A stretch of DNA of 40,696 bases from the IMG/VR virus record IMGVR_UViG_2541047870_000003; one strand, written 5' to 3'. This stretch comes from a virus (lineage: Duplodnaviria > Heunggongvirae > Uroviricota > Caudoviricetes). Position 1 is the stretch's first letter; each line of letters starts with the position of its first letter. A model generated the notes under the pieces. The model saw only the letters and a program-made list of their open reading frames with translations. It had not been told where the DNA came from and did no database searches. Positions 18,585 to 28,618 of this stretch are shown piece after piece. The translations under genes were made by a program, and so were the position numbers.

Positions 18585-18935
18585 ATGACTCAAAACTATG
18601 AACTGATTGTGAAAGGGATCCGCAATTTTGAGAATAAAGTTACGGTAACTTTAGCGTTACGGGACAAAAAACGCTTTGACGGTGAAATTTTTGACCTGGA
18701 CATCTCGCTGGACCGTGTTGAAGGTGCCGCGCTGGAGTTTTATGAGGCAGCAGCCAGAATGAGCATCAGACAGGTCTTCCTGGATGTTGCTGCCGGGTTA
18801 TGTGAAGGGGATGAGCAGTCGCCGGAAAAGCGCCCCGTAATTTTAGAGGCGCAGAATGTATGGATAACCTACAAAGGAAAGCTACCGGGAAGAATTACTG
18901 GTTCTCTGAAGACTCCTCCGGAATCACAACCTTAA
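18585..18935 (+). CDS. Hypothetical protein, 116 aa, inserted between holin and endolysin
   Basis: GGAGAG upstream of ATG; no recognisable motif. Confidence 0.5.
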   Translation: MTQNYELIVKGIRNFENKVTVTLALRDKKRFDGEIFDLDISLDRVEGAALEFYEAAARMSIRQVFLDVAAGLCEGDEQSPEKRPVILEAQNVWITYKGKLPGRITGSLKTPPESQP

Positions 18936-18998
18936 GTCACTGACCGGAACAGATAAACCTGTCCGTGGGCAGAAACCGATAAATCCTGATAAATATCC

Positions 18999-19532
18999 AT
19001 GAACGCAAAAATCAGATACGGCCTGTCGGCTGCCGTTCTGGCACTGATTGCCGTCGGTGCGCCCGCGCCTGATATTCTCGACCAGTTTCTGGATGAAAAA
19101 GAAGGTAACCACACAACGGCATACCGCGATGGGTCCGGCATCTGGACCATCTGTCGGGGTGCCACGATGGTGGATGGAAAACCCGTTTTTCCCGGTATGA
19201 AACTGTCGAAGGAAAAATGCGACCAGGTCAACGCCATTGAGCGTGATAAGGCGCTGGCATGGGTGGAGCGCAATATTAAAGTACCACTGACCGAGCCACA
19301 AAAAGCGGGTATAGCGTCATTCTGTCCCTATAACATTGGCCCCGGTAAGTGTTTCCCGTCGACGTTTTATAAGCGGCTGAATGCCGGTGATCGTAAGGGC
19401 GCATGCGAGGCGATTCGCTGGTGGATAAAAGATGGTGGGCGCGATTGCCGCATACGTTCAAATAACTGCTATGGACAGGTTATTCGTCGTGACCAGGAAA
19501 GCGCATTAGCCTGTTGGGGGATAGAGCAGTGA
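18999..19532 (+). CDS. R: SAR endolysin (T4-lysozyme-like muramidase with N-terminal signal-anchor-release segment), 177 aa
   Basis: Gly/Ala-rich weakly hydrophobic N-terminus [16 protein letters not shown] followed by E-x8-D-x5-T catalytic spacing ([18 protein letters not shown]). Confidence 0.85.
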   Translation: MNAKIRYGLSAAVLALIAVGAPAPDILDQFLDEKEGNHTTAYRDGSGIWTICRGATMVDGKPVFPGMKLSKEKCDQVNAIERDKALAWVERNIKVPLTEPQKAGIASFCPYNIGPGKCFPSTFYKRLNAGDRKGACEAIRWWIKDGGRDCRIRSNNCYGQVIRRDQESALACWGIEQ

Positions 19533-19993
19533 GCAGAGTCGCCGCGATTATTTATGCTTTGGTTATCTGCATCATCGTCTGCCTGTCGTGGGCGGTCAAT
19601 CATTACCGTGATAACGCCACCGCCTACAAAGAGCAGCGCGACAAAAATGCCAGAGAACTGAAGCTGGCGAACGCGGCAATTACTGACATGCAGATGCGTC
19701 AGCGTGATGTTGCTGCGCTCGATGCAAAATACACGAAGGAGTTAGCTGATGCGAAAGCTGAAAATGATGCTCTGCGTGATGATGTTGCCGCTGGTCGTCG
19801 TCGGTTGCACATCAAAGCAGTCTGTCAGTCAGTGCGTGAAGCCACCACCGCCTCCGGCGTGGATAATGCAGCCTCCCCCCGACTGGCAGACACCGCTGAA
19901 CGGGATTATTTCACCCTCCGGGAACGACTGGTAATGATGCAGGCCCAACTTGAAGGTGCTCAGCAATACATAACCGAACAGTGTTTAAAGTAA
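19529..19993 (+). CDS. Rz: Rz-like inner-membrane spanin (i-spanin), from GTG overlapping endolysin stop
   Basis: N-terminal TM segment, coiled-coil-like Ala/Arg/Asp-rich body; start uncertain (track ORF starts 19514). Confidence 0.7.
   Translation: MSRVAAIIYALVICIIVCLSWAVNHYRDNATAYKEQRDKNARELKLANAAITDMQMRQRDVAALDAKYTKELADAKAENDALRDDVAAGRRRLHIKAVCQSVREATTASGVDNAASPRLADTAERDYFTLRERLVMMQAQLEGAQQYITEQCLK
19749..19934 (+). CDS. Rz1: Rz1-like outer-membrane lipoprotein spanin embedded in +1 frame of Rz, 61 aa
   Basis: Lipobox LVVVGC and proline-rich body (PPPPPAW, PPPDW); fully embedded in Rz. Confidence 0.7.
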   Translation: MRKLKMMLCVMMLPLVVVGCTSKQSVSQCVKPPPPPAWIMQPPPDWQTPLNGIISPSGNDW

Positions 19994-20130
19994 AATCTTA
20001 ACTACAATATGATTCATTTTGATGATTGTTTCATAAGGAACAGTGAAGTAAGATCTAAGAGGAGTTAAATTTTATACAGTATAATCATAATATTGCAGCA
20101 AGGTGGTTATAATTGAAAGAATATTTAGAT

Positions 20131-21588
20131 ATGAATACATCTCATGTAAGAGTTGTTACTCATATGTGTGGGTTCCTGGTTTGGCTCTATAGTCTTTCAA
20201 TGTTGCCACCAATGGTTGTAGCATTGTTTTATAAAGAAAAAAGCCTGTTCGTTTTCTTTATAACTTTCGTTATATTTTTTTGTATTGGTGGCGGAGCGTG
20301 GTATACAACTAAGAAATCTGGCATTCAATTACGTACCCGTGATGGGTTTATTATAATTGTAATGTTTTGGATTTTGTTTTCTGTTATTAGTGCATTCCCT
20401 TTATGGATTGACTCAGAACTTAATTTAACGTTCATTGATGCTCTGTTTGAAGGGGTTTCTGGAATAACAACAACAGGAGCAACTGTAATTGATGATGTTA
20501 GTTCATTACCTCGGGCATATTTGTACTATCGGTCACAGTTAAATTTTATAGGTGGTTTAGGAGTTATTGTTCTGGCGGTTGCTGTATTGCCATTATTGGG
20601 TATTGGTGGTGCAAAGCTTTATCAGTCAGAAATGCCGGGGCCATTTAAGGATGACAAACTCACTCCCCGCCTGGCCGATACGTCACGGACACTGTGGATA
20701 ACTTATTCTTTATTAGGTATTGCTTGTATTGTCTGTTATAGACTTGCAGGAATGCCTTTGTTTGATGCTATTTGTCACGGGATTTCCACAGTTTCGCTTG
20801 GTGGTTTCTCAACTCATAGCGAGAGTATCGGATATTTTAATAACTATTTGGTTGAGCTGGTGGCTGGTTCTTTTTCCCTGCTATCGGCTTTCAACTTCAC
20901 TCTTTGGTATATTGTTATTAGCAGGAAAACGATAAAACCTTTAATCAGAGATATTGAACTTCGTTTCTTTCTGTTAATAGCCTTAGGGGTGATCATTGTT
21001 ACCTCTTTCCAGGTCTGGCATATAGGTATGTATGACTTGCATGGAAGTTTTATTCATTCGTTTTTTCTTGCCAGCTCCATGCTCACTGATAATGGTTTAG
21101 CTACGCAGGATTATGCAAGTTGGCCCACGCACACGATAGTGTTTTTGCTGTTGTCAAGTTTCTTTGGGGGATGTATAGGTTCAACTTGTGGTGGAATTAA
21201 GTCACTTCGATTTCTTATACTTTTCAAACAAAGCAAACACGAGATAAATCAGCTTTCTCATCCCAGAGCGTTGTTGAGTGTAAATGTAGGAGGGAAGATA
21301 GTTACAGATCGTGTAATGAGGTCTGTATGGAGTTTCTTTTTTCTTTATACTCTCTTCACGGTGTTTTTTATACTGGTGTTAAATGGTATGGGATATGATT
21401 TTCTTACATCATTTGCAACAGTGGCTGCATGTATTAATAATATGGGATTAGGTTTTGGGGCTACTGCATCGTCATTCGGAGTGCTTAATGACATTGCAAA
21501 ATGTTTAATGTGCATAGCTATGATTCTTGGTCGCCTTGAAATTTATCCTGTTATTATATTGTTTTCAGGTTTTTTTTGGCGCTCCTAA
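20131..21588 (+). CDS. trkG: TrkG/TrkH-family K+ uptake membrane protein, 485 aa from MNTSHVRVV
   Basis: Polytopic membrane protein; recalled as Rac TrkG; sits in a region that looks AT-rich by eye. Track ORF starts at TTG 20113. Confidence 0.85.
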   Translation: MNTSHVRVVTHMCGFLVWLYSLSMLPPMVVALFYKEKSLFVFFITFVIFFCIGGGAWYTTKKSGIQLRTRDGFIIIVMFWILFSVISAFPLWIDSELNLTFIDALFEGVSGITTTGATVIDDVSSLPRAYLYYRSQLNFIGGLGVIVLAVAVLPLLGIGGAKLYQSEMPGPFKDDKLTPRLADTSRTLWITYSLLGIACIVCYRLAGMPLFDAICHGISTVSLGGFSTHSESIGYFNNYLVELVAGSFSLLSAFNFTLWYIVISRKTIKPLIRDIELRFFLLIALGVIIVTSFQVWHIGMYDLHGSFIHSFFLASSMLTDNGLATQDYASWPTHTIVFLLLSSFFGGCIGSTCGGIKSLRFLILFKQSKHEINQLSHPRALLSVNVGGKIVTDRVMRSVWSFFFLYTLFTVFFILVLNGMGYDFLTSFATVAACINNMGLGFGATASSFGVLNDIAKCLMCIAMILGRLEIYPVIILFSGFFWRS

Positions 21589-21725
21589 TATATGGCTGAT
21601 TTATAATTGTGAGTTTAATATTATGTTGACTCACTCATTGATCCAATACCTAACTTTACCAGCAATACCTCCGTCCCCAGTAGCACTGGCTGCTGGGGTG
21701 CGTTTTATTCATAAAGCAAGGCTGT

Positions 21726-22517
21726 ATGAGCGAGAAATTAAAGATAGTCTATCGCCCATTACAAGAATTGTCACCGTATGCGCACAACGCCAGGACGCAC
21801 AGCCCTGAGCAGGTGGCACAACTGGTAGAAAGTATTAAGCAATTCGGCTGGACTAATCCGGTGCTGATTGACGAAAAGGGCGAAATTATTGCGGGTCACG
21901 GTCGTGTTATGGCGGCTGAAATGCTCAAAATGGATTCTGTTCCGGTCATTGTTCTGTCTGGCCTGACGGATGAGCAGAAAAAGGCGTACCGCCTGGCAGA
22001 TAATCGCCTGCCGATGAATGCTGGCTGGGATGAAGATCTGTTGCGGATGGAGCTGTCGGACCTAATCAATGCTGATTTTGATGTCTCCCTGACAGGCTTC
22101 ATCCCGACAGAAATTGATGAACTGTTGACGGATGTTTTGCCCGGTACAGGAAATGAGGAGGAGCCGTATACGACGAAAATTGATACGCCTGTTTATGAGC
22201 CGTCGGGCGGTAAACCGGATATCAGTGAACTGTACGACGATACGAAAACTCAGGAGCTGATCAGCCGGATACGTTCGGCGTCCCTTGAGCCTGATATTGA
22301 GAAATTCCTCCTGTGTGCGGCAGAACGTCACACGGTGTTTAATTTCAGCAGAATTGCGGACTATTACGCTCACGCCCCCGCTGAAATTCAGTGTTTTTTC
22401 GAGGAGTCGGCGCTGGTGATCATTGATTATCAGCAGGCTATTGAAAATGGATTTGTCCGGATGACGCAGCGCATGGTGGAGATCATGCATGGTGGTGAGG
22501 AGGAGGAATATGCGTGA
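21726..22517 (+). CDS. ParB-like nuclease domain protein, 263 aa
   Basis: N-terminal ParB/Srx-like pattern (ELSPYAHNARTH...NPVLIDEKGEIIAGHGRVMAAEMLKMDSVPVIV) recognised from memory. Confidence 0.65.
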   Translation: MSEKLKIVYRPLQELSPYAHNARTHSPEQVAQLVESIKQFGWTNPVLIDEKGEIIAGHGRVMAAEMLKMDSVPVIVLSGLTDEQKKAYRLADNRLPMNAGWDEDLLRMELSDLINADFDVSLTGFIPTEIDELLTDVLPGTGNEEEPYTTKIDTPVYEPSGGKPDISELYDDTKTQELISRIRSASLEPDIEKFLLCAAERHTVFNFSRIADYYAHAPAEIQCFFEESALVIIDYQQAIENGFVRMTQRMVEIMHGGEEEEYA

Positions 22518-23442
22518 TGATTTTTGCGCCTTTATTCTGACTCACGGGCGACCGGACAAAGTTCTGACTTACCGGACGTTGCGTCGTGCTGGCTATACCG
22601 GGAAAATTTTTATCGTTGTTGATGATGAAGATAAGACACGGCATCAGTACATGGCTGAATTTGGTGAACAGGTGCTGGTGTTTTCCAAAGCCGATATCGC
22701 CAGTCGTTTTGACGAAGCCGATAATTTCTGTGACCGCCGCTCAATTTTTTACGCCCGTAATGCCTGTTTCGACCAGGCAAAACTGGTCGGGTGTAAATAC
22801 TTCATTCAGCTCGATGATGATTATCACGAGTTCCAGTTTCGGGTGGATCGCAACTATGACCAGGCCTATTTTCCGATAAGGAAACTGGATGCGATCCTTT
22901 CTGAAATGCTGGCGTACTACGAATCAATACCTGCTCTTTCCATCGCTATGTCGCAGGGAGGGGATTTTCTTGGTGACAATGGCGGCCATGCTTCGTGGGT
23001 GAAACGCAAGGCAATGAACAGCTTTATCTGTTCGGTTGATCGACCGTTCTCATTCATGGGGCGCATTAACGAGGATGTGAATACGTACACGAATCTCGGT
23101 CGCTGTGGTGAATTGTTTATGACGATCGGTGCTGTCCAGTTAGGGCAGAAACAGACGCAGAAAAACAGCGGCGGAATGACCGAGCTGTATCTGGATTCCG
23201 GAACCTACGTTAAAAGTTTTTACTCCGTCATGTATGCGCCGTCGTGCGTAAAAATCTCACTGATGGGTGCCAGCCATAAACGCATTCACCATCAGGTCAC
23301 CTGGAACAACGCTGCAGTAAAAATCCTTCACGAAAAATACAGGAAGAAGACACCCTGCATATCAATAGGGGTGACAAATGATTCCGTATTCGAAAGTCGA
23401 GTCTCTGGCAGCGTGCCGGATGACTGCACAACAAATCGCTGA
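22510..23442 (+). CDS. Hypothetical protein, about 310 aa, possible GT-A-like fold (DxD-like QLDDDY)
   Basis: ATG overlaps upstream stop (ATGCGTGA); motifs FILTHGRPDK, IVVDDED, QLDDDY; fold assignment speculative. Confidence 0.45.
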   Translation: MRDDFCAFILTHGRPDKVLTYRTLRRAGYTGKIFIVVDDEDKTRHQYMAEFGEQVLVFSKADIASRFDEADNFCDRRSIFYARNACFDQAKLVGCKYFIQLDDDYHEFQFRVDRNYDQAYFPIRKLDAILSEMLAYYESIPALSIAMSQGGDFLGDNGGHASWVKRKAMNSFICSVDRPFSFMGRINEDVNTYTNLGRCGELFMTIGAVQLGQKQTQKNSGGMTELYLDSGTYVKSFYSVMYAPSCVKISLMGASHKRIHHQVTWNNAAVKILHEKYRKKTPCISIGVTNDSVFESRVSGSVPDDCTTNR

Positions 23443-23629
23443 CGTTCTGGATGTTGATCTGAACCGACTGAAAGAAAATCGGGAAGCAATGACAGATTTT
23501 TATGCGGCCATCCGTAAGGGCAGAGCGAAAGGTGAAGCCGAGTTACGAGCGGCATTGTTTAAGCTTGCCAGAAAAGGGGATGCCTTTGCTCTGCGCGAAC
23601 TACTCAGGTTGGATAAAAATCAGGACTAA
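23378..23629 (+). CDS. Hypothetical small protein, 83 aa, upstream of terminase small subunit
   Basis: AGGGG upstream of ATG; helical basic protein. Confidence 0.4.
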   Translation: MIPYSKVESLAACRMTAQQIADVLDVDLNRLKENREAMTDFYAAIRKGRAKGEAELRAALFKLARKGDAFALRELLRLDKNQD

Positions 23630-23632
23630 CTG

Positions 23633-24727
23633 ATGAGCAGACCGGACTGGGGGGCGTTGCAGCAGGAGTATATTGCTGAATACACCCGCTCCGGTATATC
23701 TCCGGTGGCATGGTGTGAAGCAAGGGGACTGAATTACGCAACAGCCCGTCGTTACATCAAAAAACCTCCGAAAAATGCGCAGACAGAAATGCGCAAAACT
23801 GCGCAAAAAAGTGCGCAGAAAAAATCTGCGCAGACTGCACAAAAGCGGAACGAAAAATCTCAGGAAAAAAAGCCAGTATTCGATGCGGGCCTGAATGAGG
23901 GCGACGCGGAGGAATTTTCGTTCTGTCCCGATGAATTCGGCATTTCTGACCAGCAGGCTAAGTTTGCGATGCTTGTTGCTCAGGGTAAAAAGCCGACAGA
24001 GGCGTACCGACTAGCCGGTTATGAGGGGCAAGGTGCGACAGCTAACAGCAACGCCAGTCGTATGCTTAGAAATGCCAGGGTTTATCGTGCTATCAGCTAC
24101 TTCCGCAATCAGTACCAGAAACGCTATACCGCAGACCTGGATTTACTGGTGAGCCAGTTGATGGCCATTGTCCAGGCCGACCCCAATCAGTTGGCACAAT
24201 TTCGCCGTGTTAACTGCCGTTATTGCTGGGGCGAGAATCATCTCTACCAGTGGCGTGATATTGCAGAATTCGATAAGGCTGCGGCACAGGCCTCCAGAGA
24301 TGGTAAACCCGAGCCGGAATATGGAGGCCTCGGCTTTGTTGATAACGCCATACCCAATCCGGATTGCCCGAAGTGCTGCGGTGAGGGAACGGGACAGCTT
24401 TATATGGCTGATACCACACTGCTTGATGGGGATGCGCGGCAATTATATGCAGGGTCAAAGCTCGGAAAATACGGTGTTGAGATCCTGCTGGAGGATAAGG
24501 CTGCCGCCCGGCGTGAATTGTTGCGTTTGCTTTCTGCTGGCGGGGCATTATGTGCAGATAAGCGGCTACAGGAACTGGAAATTGAACGGCGCAGAATAGA
24601 AAACCAGAAGCTGCGCAAAGAGATCGAAACGGTGGAGGATAATGAACATCCCCAGCCTGTGGCGATCAATATTAATGTGGTTGATGCCAGAGTAAGGAGT
24701 GATGAAGATGATCTCTCCGACGCTTAA
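23633..24727 (+). CDS. Terminase small subunit (HTH-containing), 364 aa
   Basis: Immediately upstream of and overlapping terminase large subunit; HTH-like segments (GLNYATARRYI; KPTEAYRLAGYEG); Cys cluster CRYCWGE...CPKCCGEG. Confidence 0.6.
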   Translation: MSRPDWGALQQEYIAEYTRSGISPVAWCEARGLNYATARRYIKKPPKNAQTEMRKTAQKSAQKKSAQTAQKRNEKSQEKKPVFDAGLNEGDAEEFSFCPDEFGISDQQAKFAMLVAQGKKPTEAYRLAGYEGQGATANSNASRMLRNARVYRAISYFRNQYQKRYTADLDLLVSQLMAIVQADPNQLAQFRRVNCRYCWGENHLYQWRDIAEFDKAAAQASRDGKPEPEYGGLGFVDNAIPNPDCPKCCGEGTGQLYMADTTLLDGDARQLYAGSKLGKYGVEILLEDKAAARRELLRLLSAGGALCADKRLQELEIERRRIENQKLRKEIETVEDNEHPQPVAININVVDARVRSDEDDLSDA

Positions 24728-26009
24728 TGTGCCTCAGGCGCGATTTCTTTCAATGCCCCATAAATTTAAAGCCTATATTGCTGGTTTTGGCTCGGGCAAA
24801 ACATGGGTTGGGTGTGGCGGCATATGCAAGGGGATTTGGGAGCATCCAGGTATAAATCAGGGATATTTTGCGCCAACGTATCCCCAAATTCGCGATATTT
24901 TTTACCCTACAGTGGAAGAAGTTGCTGCTGACTGGGGATTGAACGTAAAAATTAATGAGGGAAATAAAGAGGTTCACTTTTATTACGGACGCCAGTATCG
25001 GGGAACCACTATCTGCAGATCGATGGAGAAGCCACAAACGATCGTCGGTTTCAAAATTGGTAATGCGTTGGTGGATGAACTGGACATTTTGCCGAAGGAA
25101 AAAGCCAGAACGGCGTGGCGCAAGATAATTGCACGTATGCGTTATAAGATTGATGGACTTCGCAACGGTATTGACGTTACAACCACGCCGGAAGGATTCA
25201 AATTTGTCTACGAGCAGTTTGTTAAAGCCGTGCGTGAAAAAACAGAGCTGGCCTCACTGTATGGTCTGGTGCAGGCATCTACTTTCGATAATGAAAAGAA
25301 CCTGCCAGCAGATTACATTCCTTCGCTTCTTGAATCATACCCTCCAGAGCTGATTAAAGCCTATCTTCGAGGACAGTTTACTAACCTGACAAGTGGTACT
25401 GTTTACCATCAGTTTGACCGGAAACTGAATAATTGCGAAGAAGTGGAGCAGCCAGGGGAGCCGATTTATATTGGGATGGATTTTAACGTTGGAAAGATGG
25501 CGGGAATCGTCCATGTGCTGCGTTTGGGGCTTCCATGTGCGGTAACTGAAATCATCAATGCCTACGATACGCCGGATATGATCCGCATCATTAAAGAACG
25601 CTTCTGGCTGTATGATGGGAATGATTACCGGAAAGTGAGGGAAATTTATATTTATCCAGATGCTTCCGGGGATTCCAGAAAATCAAGTAACGCAAGTACG
25701 ACGGATATAGCCCAGCTTAAGCAGGCTGGTTTTAACGTTGTGGTGAACAGCTCGAACCCGCCAGTAAAAGATCGCGTTAACTCAATGAATGCAATGTTCT
25801 GCAATGCCAATGGTGAGCGTCGCTATAAAGTTAATGTGAAGCGTTGCCCGTTATATGCCGAATCTCTGGAGCAACAGGTCTGGGATGAGAAGGGGGAGCC
25901 TGATAAAAAATCTGGCAATGATCACCCGAATGATGCCGGAGGTTATTTCATCGTTAAGCAATTCCCTATTGTCAAACCGACCGGAAGAGTCACATCACTT
26001 CGGATTTAA
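24699..26009 (+). CDS. Terminase large subunit, 436 aa
   Basis: Walker A-like AGFGSGKTW near N-terminus; acidic nuclease-like C-terminal region; position before portal. Confidence 0.85.
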   Translation: MMKMISPTLNVPQARFLSMPHKFKAYIAGFGSGKTWVGCGGICKGIWEHPGINQGYFAPTYPQIRDIFYPTVEEVAADWGLNVKINEGNKEVHFYYGRQYRGTTICRSMEKPQTIVGFKIGNALVDELDILPKEKARTAWRKIIARMRYKIDGLRNGIDVTTTPEGFKFVYEQFVKAVREKTELASLYGLVQASTFDNEKNLPADYIPSLLESYPPELIKAYLRGQFTNLTSGTVYHQFDRKLNNCEEVEQPGEPIYIGMDFNVGKMAGIVHVLRLGLPCAVTEIINAYDTPDMIRIIKERFWLYDGNDYRKVREIYIYPDASGDSRKSSNASTTDIAQLKQAGFNVVVNSSNPPVKDRVNSMNAMFCNANGERRYKVNVKRCPLYAESLEQQVWDEKGEPDKKSGNDHPNDAGGYFIVKQFPIVKPTGRVTSLRI

Positions 26010-26011
26010 TT

Positions 26012-27418
26012 ATGGCTGATATATCAACACCCAACCTCGACTATAACGATATGCTGGAGGCGTGGGATATTAACGACGCACTGATGGGCGGTACGCTTGA
26101 AATGCGCAGGCAGGGGGAAAATTATCTCCCAAAATGGCCTAACGAAGATGAAGACGCTTATAAAAAACGCCTGTCTGTGGCTACGCTACTTCCTGTGTAT
26201 GAAGAAAGCATCAAGCAAAATATTGGGCGCATATTTGCAGAGCCGACAGTATTGAGTGAGGAAACGCCGGCAAAAATCAGGGAATATGCAGAAAATATCG
26301 ACATGGAGGGGAGCCGACTGGATGTGTGGGCGCAGCAATTTTTCAGCCTCGCATTTCAGTATGGTGTGGCACATGCGCTGGTGGACTATCCACGAACGGA
26401 TATGAAAGAGATTCGGACAAAAGCCGATGAAAACGCGACCGGTGGTCGTCCGTACGTTACGATGCTGAATCCACGCCAGGTTATTGGATGGAAATCGAAA
26501 GTTGAAAAAGGGAAAGTTGTTCTCACTGATTTGCGTATAAAAGAGGTCATCATTATTGATGGTGATGATTTCGGGCAGAAGAAGGTGGAGCAGATCCGCC
26601 ATATTATGCCCCGTCGAGTTGAAATTTATCGACGTAGCGAAGGCACTAATGGCGAATCTGTCTGGACGCTTCATGAGTCATGGAATACCAGCCGTGATGA
26701 TATTCCTCTGGTAACACTGTACACGAAGAAAACAGGATTTATGCGTGGTACACCGCCATTGCTTAATCTTGGCTTGCTGAATATCAAGCACTGGCAAAGC
26801 CAGAGCGAGCAGGACAATATTCTTCATGTTGCCCGCGTTCCATTGCTGGTGGCCTACGGGCTGGACAGGAATGAAGAACTGACGGTTGGTGCATCCACCG
26901 CTACGATTTTTGAGGACAGAACAAAAAATGGCCTCGAATATGTTGAACATAGTGGCGCAGCGATAGAATCTGGCGAAACATCACTTGAGAAGCTGGAAAA
27001 TCAGATGCGTCATGCCGGCGCTAAACTTCTGCGTGCTGAAAATACATCCACCAAATCTGTTGATCAGACTAATGAAGAGCGAATGCAGGAAAACTCGCCG
27101 CTTTATACAATGGCGAACTCCCTCGAAGATGCCCTCGATAATATTCTCCAGATAATGGCGGAATGGATCGGAGAGAGTTGCGGTGGCAATGTGGATGTGC
27201 GCACTGAACTGGATGTATCTGCCCAGGTGTTTGACTCATCCTCCGCGCTGGCTGTTCAGTCATTGCGTCAGGGCGGTGATATACGTCAGATTGATGCGGT
27301 TCGGGTGTTGCAGGCGTTGAAATTTATCGATCAGGATTCCCGTCCAGAGGAAGTGATCGATGAATTAAAAAATCAGAGTGTAATGCTGATGGAAATCAAT
27401 GATGCAAACCGTGAATGA
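26012..27418 (+). CDS. Portal protein, 468 aa
   Basis: Size and position between terminase and head morphogenesis gene. Confidence 0.7.
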   Translation: MADISTPNLDYNDMLEAWDINDALMGGTLEMRRQGENYLPKWPNEDEDAYKKRLSVATLLPVYEESIKQNIGRIFAEPTVLSEETPAKIREYAENIDMEGSRLDVWAQQFFSLAFQYGVAHALVDYPRTDMKEIRTKADENATGGRPYVTMLNPRQVIGWKSKVEKGKVVLTDLRIKEVIIIDGDDFGQKKVEQIRHIMPRRVEIYRRSEGTNGESVWTLHESWNTSRDDIPLVTLYTKKTGFMRGTPPLLNLGLLNIKHWQSQSEQDNILHVARVPLLVAYGLDRNEELTVGASTATIFEDRTKNGLEYVEHSGAAIESGETSLEKLENQMRHAGAKLLRAENTSTKSVDQTNEERMQENSPLYTMANSLEDALDNILQIMAEWIGESCGGNVDVRTELDVSAQVFDSSSALAVQSLRQGGDIRQIDAVRVLQALKFIDQDSRPEEVIDELKNQSVMLMEINDANRE

Positions 27419-28514
27419 ACGGCTGCGTGATGAATCAATTGCTCATGCAGTCTGGATATCCCGCTATAGCACTGGTGTGGCTGCCAGAATGGTGAAAATA
27501 CTGAATGACAGCGATGCGGAGCTTACAGCTCGCCTGCTGGTAGCACTGGACAGCCTCGATCCTGGTAGTTTTACCGTTACGCGCCTGGAGTCACTTCTGG
27601 CGAGTGTCAGAGAGGTTAACCGCGCTGCTATTAACAGCATGTTTACCCGTCTCTCCGGAGAGCTGAACGAGCTGGCAATTTATGAGGCTGGTTATCAGTT
27701 AAGTCTGTTTGATTCTATGCTACCTGATTTTGTTGCTGATGTTCACCCTCTGGTTGGTATCTCTCCTGATGCACTTTATGCCGCTGCAATGGCGCGACCA
27801 TTCCAGGGACGACTGCTCAGTGAGTGGGCCTCAGATCTTGAGGCGGATCGGCTCAGACGCATAACAAATACAGTGCGTCAGGGTTTTTTGCTGGGGGATA
27901 CCAATGAGCAGATCGCAAGAAAAATTCGGGGACATGTCAGTAAGGGATTTCAGGATGGTGCATTGCAGATGAGCCGGGCTAATGCGGCCAGCATTGCAAA
28001 AACAGCGGTTGGACATCTTGCTGCTACTGCCCGTGAGAGTTTTGCCAGCGCGAATAATGATTTGATTAAGGGTAAGCAATGGTTATCAACGCTTGATAAT
28101 CGTACTACGCCACAATGTCGAATCAGGGATCGCCTCAAATATACGCTGAATAATAAACCTGTAGGTCACAGCGTGCCTTATTTGCAGGGGCCGGGAAAAA
28201 TTCATTTCTGCTGCCGCTCAACGGAAACGTTCATTCTGAAATCAGCGAAGGAACTGGGTATTGATGTTCGCGATATTTCCCCGGCTGAGCGGGCCAGCAT
28301 GGATGGCGTGGTGGCCGGAGATACAACCTACAGGGAATGGTTTTTGCGTCAGCCTTACACCAGACAAAAACAGATTGTGGGGGAAACCCGAGCAAAGCTG
28401 ATTCGGGATGGTGGTATGTCGCCAGATGAATTTTACACCGATAAAGGCGAATGGCTGACGCTGAAGCAGCTCCGTGAGCGTGATGCACAGGTATTCAGAA
28501 AAGCAGGGATTTAA
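27399..28514 (+). CDS. Head morphogenesis / minor head protein (Mu F / SPP1 gp7-like), 371 aa
   Basis: Position after portal; family assignment by recollection. Confidence 0.6.
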   Translation: MMQTVNERLRDESIAHAVWISRYSTGVAARMVKILNDSDAELTARLLVALDSLDPGSFTVTRLESLLASVREVNRAAINSMFTRLSGELNELAIYEAGYQLSLFDSMLPDFVADVHPLVGISPDALYAAAMARPFQGRLLSEWASDLEADRLRRITNTVRQGFLLGDTNEQIARKIRGHVSKGFQDGALQMSRANAASIAKTAVGHLAATARESFASANNDLIKGKQWLSTLDNRTTPQCRIRDRLKYTLNNKPVGHSVPYLQGPGKIHFCCRSTETFILKSAKELGIDVRDISPAERASMDGVVAGDTTYREWFLRQPYTRQKQIVGETRAKLIRDGGMSPDEFYTDKGEWLTLKQLRERDAQVFRKAGI

Positions 28515-28533
28515 ATAAATCATTTATTACAAC

Positions 28534-28560
28534 AGGCTACCTTCGGGTGGCCTTTTTTAT
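28534..28560 (+). terminator. Terminator-like hairpin (AGGCTACC-ttcg-GGTGGCCT followed by TTTTTTATT) inside late operon
   Basis: 8-bp stem including one G-U pair, TTCG tetraloop, T-run. Confidence 0.45.
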
Positions 28561-28618
28561 TGCTGCGATCCGGATGGTGAGCAGCGTAACTGTCGGAAGA
28601 CTTAAACCAGGTACTAAT

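Noticed and set aside
20720-20935. 71-aa plus-strand ORF inside trkG
   Set aside because: Alternative frame within a confidently identified membrane transporter gene.
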